This document shows, piece by piece, positions 13,745 to 26,372 of a DNA stretch of 64,000 nt. Position numbers and translations under genes: made by a program. Under the pieces are notes generated by a model. It worked only from the letters and a program-made list of their open reading frames with translations. It ran no database searches and was not told where the DNA came from. The DNA is from Camelus ferus (lineage: Eukaryota). Where the stretch lies: assembly GCF_009834535.1 (NCBI RefSeq), contig NC_045696.1, positions 46,316,001 through 46,380,000 of the forward strand, given 5' to 3'. Position 1 is the first letter of the stretch; the number at the start of each line of letters is the position of its first letter.

Positions 13745-13900
13745 TTGAACTTGGAAGGGATCTTATAGATCTAGTCCATCCCCATCATTCTTCAGATTAA
13801 AAACTTGAACCTGCAGATTAGGTGAATCCTTCAGGTGCACAAGGTTGGACCTGAGCTAGAATCATGTATCCTCACTCCTAGACTGTGCTCCACCACTTTC
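13745..13900 (-). mobile_element. MIR/MIR3 SINE
   Basis: TTGGAAGGGATCTTATAGATCTAGTCC...CATTCTTCAGAT...AAACTTGA. Confidence 0.6.
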
Positions 13901-14955
13901 TCAGAATAGGATTTCTCCACGTGAAAGTGCTAATAGATTGATGAATTATCAAGCCCTGCCAGGCAGCCTTGTGGTTGTAGTTGTAGACAGATGTTGAGCT
14001 GGATAATCATCACATGTTTACTTCTGATAAAGCTTGGCCTTAGTGTGACTCACTTGAGAATGGTGGGCTTTCAAGTTTATACATATCACCAAAAATGCCA
14101 TTGCAACTCAAGTCACACATTTACCATGGTCCTTCTCCCAAGAACAGCAATTGTCACCATTATTGGATATTGTCTAAGATAAGCACATCCTTCCCTCATT
14201 TGTTTCTTCTAGGGTTCCTGCAGTGATTTTTGAAAGACATGCTTTGACCTACGTTTTTACTACTTCTATAACATAACGATGATATAATTCAGCAGTGAAG
14301 AACCAGGAGAAATGACAACAAAAGATGCAAAAGTCAGAAATACTGTGAAATAAAAGAAATGATACATTGTGCAAGAGTTTAGTGGTACATAAGAATGTAT
14401 AATAATGTGAAAGATTATAGTGAAGTCTATGCTTTTGCTAGTTGTATGTGTGTTAGAAAAATCAGTACAGAGTAATGTAAGTGCATGGTTTATCTTGACA
14501 TGTGCAGAACCACTCTTCATTGTCATCCTTTGCATGGTAGGTAAACATTTGTTATGCATTTTATCACCATTTAAGCACTTTTCTTACTCACTAACTTAGA
14601 AGCAATTTAAGCAATTTTAAATTCCCACTCTAGGAAAATAAAACTGTCATTAGAAGAAAACACATTTACTTTGATTTATTCCTATCAATACATTTTAATT
14701 CAAAATATATTTTTCTGATTACACCTTTGCTCAATAATTGAAACTACACAATATGGTTTTTGTTGAAGGAATCAAATGTAATTTTTATCTGATAACCTCA
14801 CTAAATCTTGTATCTATTTGGGCTTTATTTATGAGAGTGTTTTTTCTCATTATAAAAATGTTCATATGTTAATAGTTCTTTCTAACAAACAGATTATTGT
14901 GTGATATTACCAGGTCACCAATGCTGACATTAAAGTTCAGAAATACGGATGTTAG

Positions 14956-15198
14956 GAACAAATTAGGGGTATAGGATTAACAGATAAAAACCACTATATA
15001 TAAACTAGATAAGCAACAAGGATTTACTGTATAGCACAGGGAATTATACCCATTATCTTGTAATGGCCTATAATGGAATATAATCTGAAAAAATACTGAA
15101 TCACTATGCTGAACACCTGAAACTAACACAATGCTATAAATCAACTACATTTCAATTAAAGAATGAGATAGATGACTTTTTACCTTAAAAAAAAAAAA
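14956..15198 (+). mobile_element. 5'-truncated artiodactyl L1 3' end with TSD
   Basis: CAACAAGGATTTACTGTATAGCACAGGGAA...CACCTGAAACTAACACA...AAATCAACTA; poly(A); 17-bp TSD AGAAATA(C/G)GGATGTTAG at 14939-14955 and 15199-15215. Confidence 0.92.
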
Positions 15199-15454
15199 AG
15201 AAATAGGGATGTTAGAGGCAGGTGGCCAACCCGGAGCCCTGGCAAAACCTCACAGGGTCAGTGACCTTTGAGGAGTTTTCCCAGCTCAGTATCAGGATTG
15301 AGTGTTGTGAGGCTAGAAATGTAATTTTATCAGTGTACCCAGACTCAATCAATTCTAGAAAGTTATTCACATTTAATAAATTTTCAAGGGACTTATCTAT
15401 ACACCTAGATGCAGATTTGCTCTTTCATAATGGTTGGAAGAACTTGAGCTAAGA

Positions 15455-15620
15455 AATCAGCAGAACTGGGTTCTGATCCAGGCTCACTGCTACTAACTGT
15501 GAGGGCAAGTGACTAAATTTCTGAGAATCAGTATTTCTGTTTGTAAAATGCACCTGCCATGAGGTTTAGAAGAAATGTATAAAGTACCCAGCACAACGCC
15601 CAGTACTCAGTGAATGGTGA
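15455..15620 (+). mobile_element. MIR SINE
   Basis: CTGGGTTCTGATCC...CTAACTGTGAGGGCAAGTGACTAAATTTCTGAG...TGTAAAATG. Confidence 0.7.
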
Positions 15621-16231
15621 TTATGATGAGCATGACAGTGGTGGTTAAGAACAGAGGAGGAGAAGAGAAGGGAGAGGAGGAACCACAGGGATTTGAAGAC
15701 TTGTGCTGCCTGATTGAAGACAGTCAAGAGAGAATTAGAAGAGAATCTTTTGGTAGAAAATCAGAGCAAAGTGTACTGACTAGAATATTATAAAAGCTTG
15801 GGCTTTCAAGCCACGAAGATCTAGTAGATCCACCTTGACTCTAGGGATATGCCTATCTGGCAGACAGTATATAAGTTGTTCTATTCTAGCACCTAGAACA
15901 GTGCCTAGCAAATGGCACATAATAACCAGTTAATGAATAAATGGGTAGAGTACCCCAACCCTTAGGTAGTACAGGAGACCGTGATAATTCCTCTATCTTT
16001 GGTTCAACTATTTCTGGACTTAACAGAGGTACAGCTCCCTCCCATTTCTCTCCAATCCCCACACTATATGGCCACAGAATTTCCTCAGTAATATAATCAA
16101 GTGATTCACAGATTTCTCTGTTACATCAATCACATTTAGACATTGTCTAATTAAACTCAAATCACTTTGTCATTCACTGCAATCATATTTCAAAAATCTG
16201 TGAGTTCTGCATTATAACCTAATAAGTGCTT

Positions 16232-16677
16232 AGGGTAGAGACTAGCTAAATGCTCTGGAAAATGTCTCCTTTCTCCTGGGCACACAGCTAGGTTACATTT
16301 CTCATGACCAACTAACTCAGTCAGATGCGGCCACACGATTGAGCCCTAATCATTTGGACGTGTGCACAAGTGATACATATTTCTTCCTTGCCTAGAGCCC
16401 ATAAAATCTTCCTATTTGCAATTCAGCTCTCTATCTTCCTTTATCCAGATGAACGTAGAGAATCCAGTGGCCCTAGGAGATGGTAGAACCAAAGTAAGGA
16501 AAAGCCTGGGTCACTAAATTATCACACGGGGCAGAGTCTGACTCTCTCCTCACCATCATATGCACACATATCACCCCTCATTGGATTGTGATGTGAATGA
16601 GAAATATATCTTTATTGTATTAAGTCACTGAGATTTGGGGTTATTTTTATAGCAGTTAGCTTGTCTTGACTAATTCA
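16232..16677 (+). mobile_element. MLT1 (G/H-like) MaLR LTR
   Basis: GGTAGAGACTAGCTAAATG...CCTGGGCACACAGCTAG...TTAAGTCACTGAGATTTGGGG...TAGCAGTTAGC...TGACTAAT. Confidence 0.8.
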
Positions 16678-16789
16678 GAACAGTAATCATGTCAGTCTAC
16701 TAATTTTTATTTTAAATATATATATTTTATTGAGAATATTAAAAATAGACCTATATCTATACATCTTGATAACTTGAAATAATTCATTT

Positions 16790-17150
16790 TCCCCCTATAT
16801 TTCATAATTACATGGTTACCCAAGCATGGCCTCTTTCTTCTGCCCTCTTAGTCATCCACATCACACCAAGTCAATCAATCAGCAATCAATTCTGCCCCTA
16901 AATATCCATTTCCCTTTATCTCCACTCTAAACCTTGTTTATTAGACCCCTGATTTTCCCACCTGAATCACTGAAATAGCCTCCTATATTTTCTCCTTGCC
17001 CTCAGCCTTTCATTCTTTCAGTTCATCAGCCAGCCTTTGCCAGAGTGGTCTTTCCGACATGAAAATCTGATCTTGTCATTCCTTTGCTCAGAATTCAGTA
17101 GCTCCCCAACACCTCTTGATTATTACCTAAAGAAATAGGCCTTCTTTTAG
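16790..17150 (+). mobile_element. L2 LINE fragment
   Basis: GCCAGAGTGGTCTTT...AAATCTGATCTTGTCATTCCTTTGCTCA...AGTAGCTCCCCA. Confidence 0.7.
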
Positions 17151-17631
17151 AACCTCTTTGCTTATGTCTCCCTTATCATACATCCTAAAGTATTATAGCT
17201 CAATGGCTCCCAAGTGTGAGTCGAAAATATCTGGTTTACTAGGCATTACTAAAAAGAGTTCTGGAATTCTGAATTCTTCAATTCATAAGTGGTCCAGGCA
17301 TTATTTGCTGACTAAACAAATGATACAGCTTGAATATAAATGCATTATTAGTAAATGAGTTAACATATTAATACACACAAAATATGTGAGCTACTGTTAT
17401 CATCATCATTTTCCAAATATATTTATTTGCTCTTCTGATTGATAAAATTCCTTTTGAATGTAACTATTTGTAATATATTTCTCAGTTGTAGGAAGCTAAA
17501 TGTTAAACTACTGTCACATGTATCAGGGGCTCAATGTTTGGAGGTTAAAAAGGGATCAGCTCTTGACTCTGAGAATTATTGCTGTAGCCATTCCAAACTA
17601 TTCGCAATTCCTTGTAACACTGATTCGGCAC

Positions 17632-18159
17632 ATGTGGCAGAGTCTGTGGCTTGGCTTGGTCAACTTGCACTCCACCTTACTTCTAGGGTGCCTTTCTTTG
17701 CTGCAGAGACTAGAAAGCTAATGGCTATCTTTCTCAACTTCTTTTGCAGCAGGAGTTCTGAATGCACAAAAATGGATGTATTCCCATGAGATTTAGAAAT
17801 TTAAAACAGAGCTGAGGCCACGTTCCTACTCTCCTGGCTATTTTTCTATTGGTAAGCAATTTTGCAGAGATCCTTTTCCCTAGTGGAGCCCAGTGGCAGC
17901 AGCGTCAGGGGGCTGTCTTCCTGATTCCTCACCAGAGAATGGCAACATGTTCTCGGACTGAGTAATTCCAATGGTGGCCTCAGTGGAACAGTACTATAGT
18001 CTTTTGGGAATTATTGCTGGTAGGAGGCCAGTCTACAGTCCATTCTTCCAGCCCTTCCATGATTTTGTCCTAATCACCTACAGATTTTTATCTAAACCCT
18101 TCCCTTCTTAAAATGACTGTACTGCTTTTTGTTTTCTGCACTGAACCCTGACTAACACA
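17632..18159 (+). mobile_element. LTR33-like ERVL LTR
   Basis: Starts TGTGGCAGAG; contains TGCAGAGACTAGAAAGCTAA; ends CTGCACTGAACCCTGACTAACACA. Confidence 0.75.
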
Positions 18160-18740
18160 GGTTTCGGAAAATATTGCTCTAACATGGAATGCATGTCCCC
18201 TCTTAACCCCTCATCCTCTTGTTCTCAACTCAAGTGTTTTATTTTCTAGGAAGCATTCACCAACCCCTGCGGCTGAGTCAAGTACCTTTCTTTTCTGTCT
18301 CAGTCATAACCCTAGGTTGGCACTTCTCACTATTGTCTAATAATGGTCTATATTTGTCTATAGAAGTAAACTAATAAAGATACTTTTTGTTAGTTACTAG
18401 TTCCCAGGTAGGTGTACCCTCAGAGCTCGTGAAGTGAACGAATGAACAAATGGGGATTTCTATGAATAACAATTAACAACTCATAAAGGAGGAAATGCAT
18501 TTGCACGGGAGAAGACATGGTTTTTCTTGCAAAATGGTACCACGTACGAGTATACGGAAAATAAGGGGCTGGAATGCCGTTAAGTCTACGTCTGTTCTCC
18601 TTAGATCCCTGACCAGACCAGGGCTTGGCAATTTTTTTTCCCCGCAAAGGGTCAGACAGTAAATATCTTAGGCTTAGTGGGCCATACGACCTTTGTCACA
18701 ACTACTCAAATCTGCCGTTTTCAGGAGAAAGCAGCCACAT

Positions 18741-19135
18741 TGTTGGTTGGAAAACTGGCCCCAGGCACGGAAGCCTGGAGACACTGAAGACAGAGGCAGA
18801 CCACTCCAGGCTGGTAGGTGGCAGGTTTAATAAGCGAGAAACCTTACATATGAGACGTGTCCGCGGCGGCCGCAAGCCGGGTGGATCTCCACAGCCGCCC
18901 GCCAGAAACGCTTATCCAGAGGCCTTACCTGGGTTCAGTCACGTATTTCAGTCCAGATGGTCTCAACATCTTCCTCTCCCCAGGCTGCCTCCCTGGAGCA
19001 GCTCCCACTTGAGGCAACGGTGGGCAGAACGGACACTCCAAGACGGGGGCGTGGGGGAGGCGCCTTCGATTGCGATTGCGCAGGGCCTGCCTGCAGGTCA
19101 ACCCGAGGTCACGCCCTCTCGGGCCCCCTCCAACG
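18741..19135 (-). mobile_element. CpG-rich solo LTR (ERVL-like, 5-bp TSD)
   Basis: Termini TGTTGG...CCAAC(G); flanking CACAT/CACAC; TTTAAT (ATTAAA on the minus strand) near 18826. Confidence 0.75.
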
Positions 19136-19201
19136 CACACGAGTCTGTATGAAACAAGTAATACATAAGTAATGAGAATGGTTGTGGTCCAGTAAATCTT
19201 T

Positions 19202-19381
19202 TTTTTCCTTCGAATTTTTAATTTAATTTTAATTAATTAATTTTTTAAATTAAACTCTTTGGGGGATTGGGAGGTAATTAGGTTTATTTACTGATTTATT
19301 TAATGGAGGTACTGGGGATTGAACCCAGTACTTTGTGCATGCTAAGCACACTCTCAATCACTGAGCTATACCCTCCCCTCA
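19202..19381 (-). mobile_element. Vic-1-type camelid SINE
   Basis: GAGGTAATTAGG...GGAGGTACTGGGGATTGAACCCAG...GCATGCTAAGC...CTGAGCTATACCCTCCCC; 15-bp TSD GTCCAGTAAATCTTT at 19187-19201 and 19382-19396. Confidence 0.95.
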
Positions 19382-20789
19382 GTCCAGTAAATCTTTGTCT
19401 ATGAACACTGAAATACGAATGTCATATAATTTTCGTGTCCCCAAATAGTATTCTTTTGATTTTTTTCAACAATTAAAAAAAATGTAAAAGCCGTATAAAC
19501 ACAGGTCGTGGGCAGGTAAGGGAAAGCAGATTCGCCCTGCAGGCAGCAGTTTGCCAGTCCCTGGTTTCAGAGGTTAAGGAAAGGTCTGAGTTTACAGTGT
19601 GCAGTGATTAATATTTTTAGTAGACATTTGTGTGCATTTTAATTTATTCCCATGTAAAATGAAGATTATAACATAGTACTTATTTAATAACATATTACTA
19701 ATATAGTTAACTCTGGGATTAAAATAATAATGACTAAAAGGCTTGGAGATCTTGAGGACAGGCCTTTGTCACTGGTAGGTCTCTTTAACTTCCTAAGTAC
19801 TGGATTATTTCAAGTGTCTGATCGATAACATCTAATGGAAAGGCCTTGAAGTCCTATGTATATGGCAAAACTGCTGGTGAGCGGTATGTGGGAAGAATCC
19901 ATTCTCCCCTTCATTTACTGCATAAAAGGTAAAGAGGCACAAATAATATGTGGAAGATTACCATTCCACTTTTGTTCCCATCCAAAAATGGACAAATCAC
20001 CTTAATTGCAGTTTTCAGTAAAGCAGATGTCAGGAGATTACAGGCCCACACATTATACCTGCTTTACTTTCTAGGAGAAAAATTTTCTTGGAGTTTTTCA
20101 AAGACTCCTGGAATTAGAGAGGTAGAAGGGACACCTCTCTTTACCTCCAATTTATAGGTGAGAATGTCTGGGACATAGACTGTTAAATGCTTGTTAGTGG
20201 CAGGGCTGGGGCAGACCCTGGCCTCTGAATCCCACTGCAGGACTCCTTCTACTTTATCAGGCTTAAAAAAAAATTACGCTTTGTTTTAATAAAACTTGTC
20301 TAAGGTTAAACCCAATCATGGGTTTGTAATTAAATTACATGTTTCCTTGAATTGCAAAGGATTTCTGTTGCATAAAGCACAGAGATGTAGCATAAGAAAC
20401 TTTAATTTATTATTTTTCACTGATAACACTGACCATTACCCAAGGTCCTGAGACAGAAAGCAAGGCCAGTGAGAGATGAAGATTCTGTAATCTTGGGAAT
20501 TACAGGTTAGTGAGGTCAAAAAGAGAAAACAAACAGAAAAATAGTTCTTGCCACCTAATGGGCAAGCCTCACTAAGCTGCCTTCTGCTTGTTTCCTGCTG
20601 CATTTGAGAGATTAAGGAATAACATCCTACTTCTTTTAAGCATTCCAGTCTCTCACTTTTGCTTAAAATTACTCAAGTATAGTGAGCTCTGCACAACTTC
20701 ACAAAAAAGGCAGTTCCCACTCGCTCTGTGTTTAAACAACTCAGAAAGATCTATCTGATCATTTCATTTGAAACTGGAACACCTCTACA

Positions 20790-21018
20790 CCCAGTCTCCA
20801 TTCCCCTGCTCTCTCTCTTTTTTCATAATACTTATACCACTTAGCATACTATGTAATTAACTCATTTACTATGTTTTTCGTCTCATATTTCTCTCCTCAA
20901 CTGGAATGTAAGCTCCATGATGGCAAGGATTTCTATCTGTTTAGTTCTCTGATTGCTCACCTCAAATAGTGCCTGGCATATAGTAGGTGCTCAGGAAATA
21001 CTTGCTGAATTAATAAAC
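20790..21018 (+). mobile_element. L2a 3' end
   Basis: GAATGTAAGCTCCATGA...AGTGCCTGGCATATAGTAGGTGCTCA...AAATACTTGCTGAAT. Confidence 0.9.
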
Positions 21019-21154
21019 AAAATTGGGAAAATGAAGAATAGGGAATTAAGGCACATCTTGATATATTATATAGGTACATTTGAAAATTAGTTGCAAAGAA
21101 AGATGCAAAGAAAAGTTGGGGACAATAGAATCATAAGAAGACAAAGGAAAAGAA

Positions 21155-21335
21155 CACTTACACAGTGCCGCAACATGCCAGGAGCAATGCAAAGAGCTTT
21201 ATGTTCATTACCTTATTACCACAGCCACTATTACCCTCATCCAACAGTTGATGAAATTGAGGCTGCATAACTTATCCGGCTCATACAACTAATGAAGGGT
21301 GGAGCCAGGACTCAAAGCCCACATTGATTCCAAAG
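21155..21335 (-). mobile_element. MIR SINE
   Basis: ATGCCAGG...GATGAAATTGAGGCT...GGAGCCAGGACTCAAA. Confidence 0.65.
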
Positions 21336-22994
21336 CCCCTGGGTGTCACCAATGCTTTGTAACAGACTATGTAATGCCACCCCTGTGAACCACAGTGCTG
21401 GTGGAGCCATCTCAGCCTACAGGCCTGATTTTATTTAAGTGGTTAAATGGACAGGTTTCTTTTGTGGGACATTAACAGATTCATGCTGAAGAAGTTTTGC
21501 TTTCCAAATTACCACATAAAGAATGTCTATCTCCAGAAAAGCTAGAAGCATCTCTTAAAAACATTTTTAATCAAAAGTAAATTAGCATTGTTTCATCCAT
21601 GAATCAATCCACCAAACCAAAGAACTCAAATATCAAACCTCATCATGTTGCCTGGGCAGTAGAAAATGGCTTAATGAGTTAAGTACTCACAATCAGATCT
21701 GCCTCCGTGGCTTACCTGCCTCTTTGCCTGCAATCACTTAGGTCAGGCAAAATAAAGGTAGAGATGTTTTCCCTGATGTCATAGGCATCTTTCCTTTTCT
21801 ACTCCATACCCCACAAGTTGAGTTGACACTTTGACACATATATTTCTTTTCTGTTTACAAACTGGAACATGGAAATATAAGTTTTACTGCCTTCAAAGAT
21901 AACAAATTTCTAGAAGCAGAATCAGATAGTCATCACAGGTATATGGCTGATGTGGTCAAAATGGATCTGGAGTAGTAATCAGGGTGGAAGAAGGGTCAGG
22001 GACCTCTAGGTTGGGGATGCTATGGAGATATATTCCGGGGACATCTGAGACTGTAAGGACAGAGGGAACCAGGGAGAGAAAGGCCACCTTTAACAAGTTC
22101 AACCATCAAGAGGTTTGCATAAACCAGAGGGCCTCCACGATCCCAATAACACACGTATTCTCCTTTGCTCCAACACCAGCCCTATTCTTCAGTAACAAGA
22201 ATAAGGTAACAGTTTAGCTGTTAACCACAACAAGCAGGGAAAGACAATTGTTTCTGAAGACTGGAAGAGAAAATAAATGATTTTTAATCAAGTGACATTG
22301 GAATGGTTGTTAAGGCATAAAGAACAAATAGTTTTATGTCCTGTGAGGATTTTAGGGTGTGTCCCATAAATGTTTCATAGAAACTACCATTTAAATAATA
22401 GGCACAACCTGATGGAGCTTGGAGAGTAGAGATGATCTGTGAAGCACCATTATTCATGTGGTCTAGTCATTCTTCAGCTTAGGGAATGATAAAAATCAGC
22501 TGGGTTGAGATATTTATTTGAAATTTAGAGAGTTCTTCACACGTCAGAGCCAGGAATCTGAATTTGTAACAAGTCACCTGGGTGATTCTGATGAACTACA
22601 TTTTGAAAGATGCTATCATAAGACTGCAGAGCGTTACGGATACAATGGTGACTTCGAGCTAAAAATGTTAGAGTTCTTGTTAGACTACAGACTTATATTA
22701 AGAAAGTGAAATAAGTCAAATCAGAAGTGCATAAATACTCCGAAATTCTCCAATGTTAGCTAAACTGTGAACACCACTGTCTTTTGTAAAGAAAACAGAA
22801 GGAAATATTTAGTTCATTCCACCCATTGTACTTACTGTGCCACCATATTAACTTTTAGCAATCTTCCATCAATGGCCCTCCCAAATCTCTCAAGCATTTT
22901 AATTGTCATTCTCAGAAGATATAATTTCTGTTTACCTTCCAGGGCTCCGTATTATTGGACACAAAACATTACTGTATATGACAAGCCACACTTA

Positions 22995-23320
22995 AAATAA
23001 GAGCCACTATTTATTGAGTGTCAGAGACTGTTTTTACATGCAGTATCTTATTTAATTCTCACAATAAGCCTGACATGTAGGAACCGTTATCCTCATCTTA
23101 CAGGTTAGGAAACTGAAGTCAAAGGCTTGTCGGGTTTAAGAAGTTTGCCCAATAGATGGAAACCAAATTTTTGGTAGTGAGCATGCTGTAGTGTATACAT
23201 AAATTTATTTAATCCTATAAGCCAATGTTACCTCAAAAAAAAAAAAAGGTTATCTAAAGTCACATAGCTAATAAGTAGTGAAGCCAGTGTTTGAATTCAG
23301 ATCTTTCTGACTCCAAAAAC
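22995..23320 (-). mobile_element. MIR SINE interrupted by a short L1MA-type 3' end (~23153-23247, +)
   Basis: MIR core TTTAATTCTCACAA...GAAACTGA...GTCACATAGCTAATAAGT...TTTGAATTCAG; insert GATGGAAAC...TTTTGGTAGTGAGCA...CCAATGTTACCTC plus A13. Confidence 0.8.
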
Positions 23321-23899
23321 ACCAGTTCTTCAGCTCTAAGAAATTCTGTCTCCACCGGGAGTCTTTGTTCATACACACCCTATGATCATGCGTAGATAAA
23401 GCAAATACCAATACAGATTGCATAGCTTAGCAAAGATACACAATCCCAGGAGAGCAACAGGTCTATTTCATAAGAAATGACATAAAATCAGAATGTAATT
23501 ATTTCTGTCCAAAATAAAAACAAAACTAAAATCTACATCACTATCCAGTATTTTCCATCCTTACCAGACATGCTTTAACTATGGAAATGGTCAATCTTAT
23601 CGCTAGCAACATAGTTCAATTTTTGTTCAGTGTAGCTGGTACCTGAAACCTCCAATATGTTGTATTTCCTAACATATCTTCTTATAACGACTAACACTTT
23701 AATTTTTTTTTTCTGAATACTAGTACATTTAGCCTCCTACTGAAACTTCAGAAGCAAATAAAATCGTCTCTCCCAACCACTCACTACTACACACAAACCT
23801 TAGAATTTATAAAGAATAATACTGAATACAAAAATCATAAAAAAGACATGTCCCAAAGTAGCATTTTCTTTTACTTAGAATACAAAGCTAGCCTAAGAA

Positions 23900-24220
23900 T
23901 CTAAATATACCCAAATCCAGCCTTTTCCCTTAGCTGACTAAGGAAAACCTCTTTACTCTTTAAAACAGCTAAACTTTTAGCACCCTCAGATCCTGCCTCT
24001 GCTCCTCCACTTTTAGATCCCCCAGCACTGCAAACGGGTTTGCTTTGCCTCTCTCCCTGATTCCAAGAAACACTGTGTCTGTGTTGTATGTTACATCCAT
24101 CTCTGCTGCTAGGCCATAAGCTCCATTCGCAGGGGACCACATCTGTTTGGTATCTCTTGCAATAACCACAGTATCTGGCCCAGAGAAGGCACTTAATAAA
24201 TGCTGTTGAATGAATTAATG
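23900..24220 (+). mobile_element. L2 3' end
   Basis: TAAGCTCC...GGGACCACATCTGTTT...GGCACTTAATAAATGCTGTTGAATGAAT. Confidence 0.8.
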
Positions 24221-26079
24221 GACGTGTAACCCAGGAAACTTAGTGGCTCCTAGAGCTTGGTTCTTCCTTCCAACCTAACTGGGAGAACAGTTTGAACTTT
24301 ATTGGATACTCTTTTCTTCTTTACTTCACTTAGGATTGAAAAGCCACTGGTTTCACAGAGGACTGCCAAGAATTTGGACCAGCTCTTCCCTACTTACCAC
24401 TCTGAGATTCCTTGCAAATCGCTAGCTCTTCCTCTTTTGGAGTGCTAGAGACAACTCCGGTCTGTGAGGGCAGATACAGCCTCCAAATTGGGAAGGGAAG
24501 ACTGGATAGATGAAAAAGTGAGAGCTTTCTGCTGCCTGCTTTTCTTCTGTGAACAGAACAAGTAAGACTGAAGAGAAGGAATAGGACTCTTCTGAGCCAT
24601 TAAGGTATAGTAGGAAGATGCGTATCACCTAAGGCAGGATGGCTAAAGGAGGCCCTGTCTTGCTGCAGCCACTGACTTGGGTCTGGGGTAGCTGGGGACT
24701 TAGAGGGCAGAGAGGCCCTTATCCCTCAGTCCTGTGGGGACCCAGATGTTGCTGGAGAGACTTTCTTCTTCTAATTCAGAATTATCAACTTAGAAAAAGT
24801 TTCTTTTATATTTATTTTCTCCCCTCTTCCACCCCATTTCACATCTAAATGCAGTAAGAGCCCAGGACGGGTGACTTCTGAAGTCATCTCAGCATAACTT
24901 CTCTTAGAACATGTCTTTCTTCCCTCCCTTCCTATTTTTTACCTTCTCTCATTTCTTCCTTCCCTCCCTCCTATATTGTGACAAGCAAAGTTATTCATTT
25001 CATTTTTCCTTCTCTAAATAGCACTGGCCAAAGGTCAGCACTTGAGCAGACTTGTAACAGTCAATCTGATATTTGGAAAGAGAATTAGACATCCAACAGA
25101 GGAGGAAGTTTTGTTTTTGAATGAAGAAGATGGTATTGTAAGAAAAGATGTCAAATGATGAAGAAGGAAAACATCCCTTTCCAAACAGTTTAGTACTCCT
25201 AAGACCTGGAGTCGTTTCTTCCACTGTAAAGAGACTTCAGCTTAATTTCAGGTAACAAGTTTAATGCTTCCTTTTTGAGCACTGTCACATTGTAGTTTTT
25301 TCTTTGTTTTTTAAAGCTGTCCTTTCTGGCCATCCTCAACAGATTTGTTTTTTGTCACTAACTCCATGTGATTGGGGTGAGCCTAGTGGTGAATGCATAC
25401 AGAAACCATCATTTTACATAACGCTCTTCCCTTAGTTTTAACTCCATTACCTCAGAACATCATTGTTTTAGTTAACTTCTCAGTTGCATGCCTCTCCTGT
25501 CTGTCCCATGCCACTTCAGGTTAAAGCAACCTTTCTCACAGCTGTACTTCCCTCATTGCAACTGCACCTTCAGAAAATGTCCCTGGCCTACTGCCTATCT
25601 CCGAGCCCCGATAATCTCACTTCATTTGGGGTTTAAAGTATAGCTTTCTGTTGGTTGTTCCTTGCCGTAACCTTACCTGTGTGGTGATTCTAATAAATCC
25701 TCCTATTCTTTAGCTAGTTTAAGTAGATTGCTGTATAATGTAATAGGAAGTAAACATACGTTTAAAAAAAAAATTAAGAGACCACCTAGGCATTCTAAAT
25801 GTGTTCAGATTTCCTAGATCTACTGAATAATACCTGAGAGTTTGAGAAACTAGGCAGTTAAGTTTGAACTGCTAAAGATCAATGGAAATCCTTTCTGGAA
25901 TGAGTCAAGGAATATAACAAATAAACATATAAAGAAATAATTTATTTCTAAATAGATGTGGGTATGAAATCAGGCCAATAAATACTCTAGTTAAATGTCC
26001 TGGGGTCTGGGGAAAAAAAGTAGATTCTGCAAATTATAGGGTAGTAAATGAGACATACAGCCTGGATAATTTTCTAGGA

Positions 26080-26372
26080 AGTACTACGTAGTAAAATGCC
26101 CATTATCTCCTCCCATTGCTGTGCTCACTTTAGAGGACTGTTTTTGCCTACAGACACCAAAAGAGCAGCCTCCTTTATAGGTGAATCCTTGCCCCTCATC
26201 TGGGGACACTGACAGCAATGGAGGCCACGTGCTTTCGTTTCTACCCCTGATTATCCTTACTGCTCTTGAGTTCTGTGAGAAACCCCAGTAGTCATAGTTA
26301 AGAGCCTTTTTTTCTTAAGCTTATCTGAATGGATTTGTGGTCCTTGAAACAAAATGAAATTTGACTAAGACA
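26080..26372 (+). mobile_element. MLT1-like LTR 3' part
   Basis: Ends TTTTTCTTAAGCTTATCTGAATGGATTT...GAAACAAAA...TGACTAAGACA. Confidence 0.55.

Larger units (their letters stand above)
18619..19563. mobile_element. MER58B hAT-Charlie element interrupted by two younger insertions
   Basis: CAGGGCTTGGCAA...AAAGGGTCAGACAGTAAATAT...CAACTACTCA...AAAGCAGCCA; resumes CACTGAAAT...TCATATAATTTTC; ends GTTTGCCAGTCCCTG (TIR). Confidence 0.9.

Noticed and set aside
18625..19152. 175-aa ORF
   Set aside because: Runs across the MER58B/LTR junction and starts at TTG; chance frame
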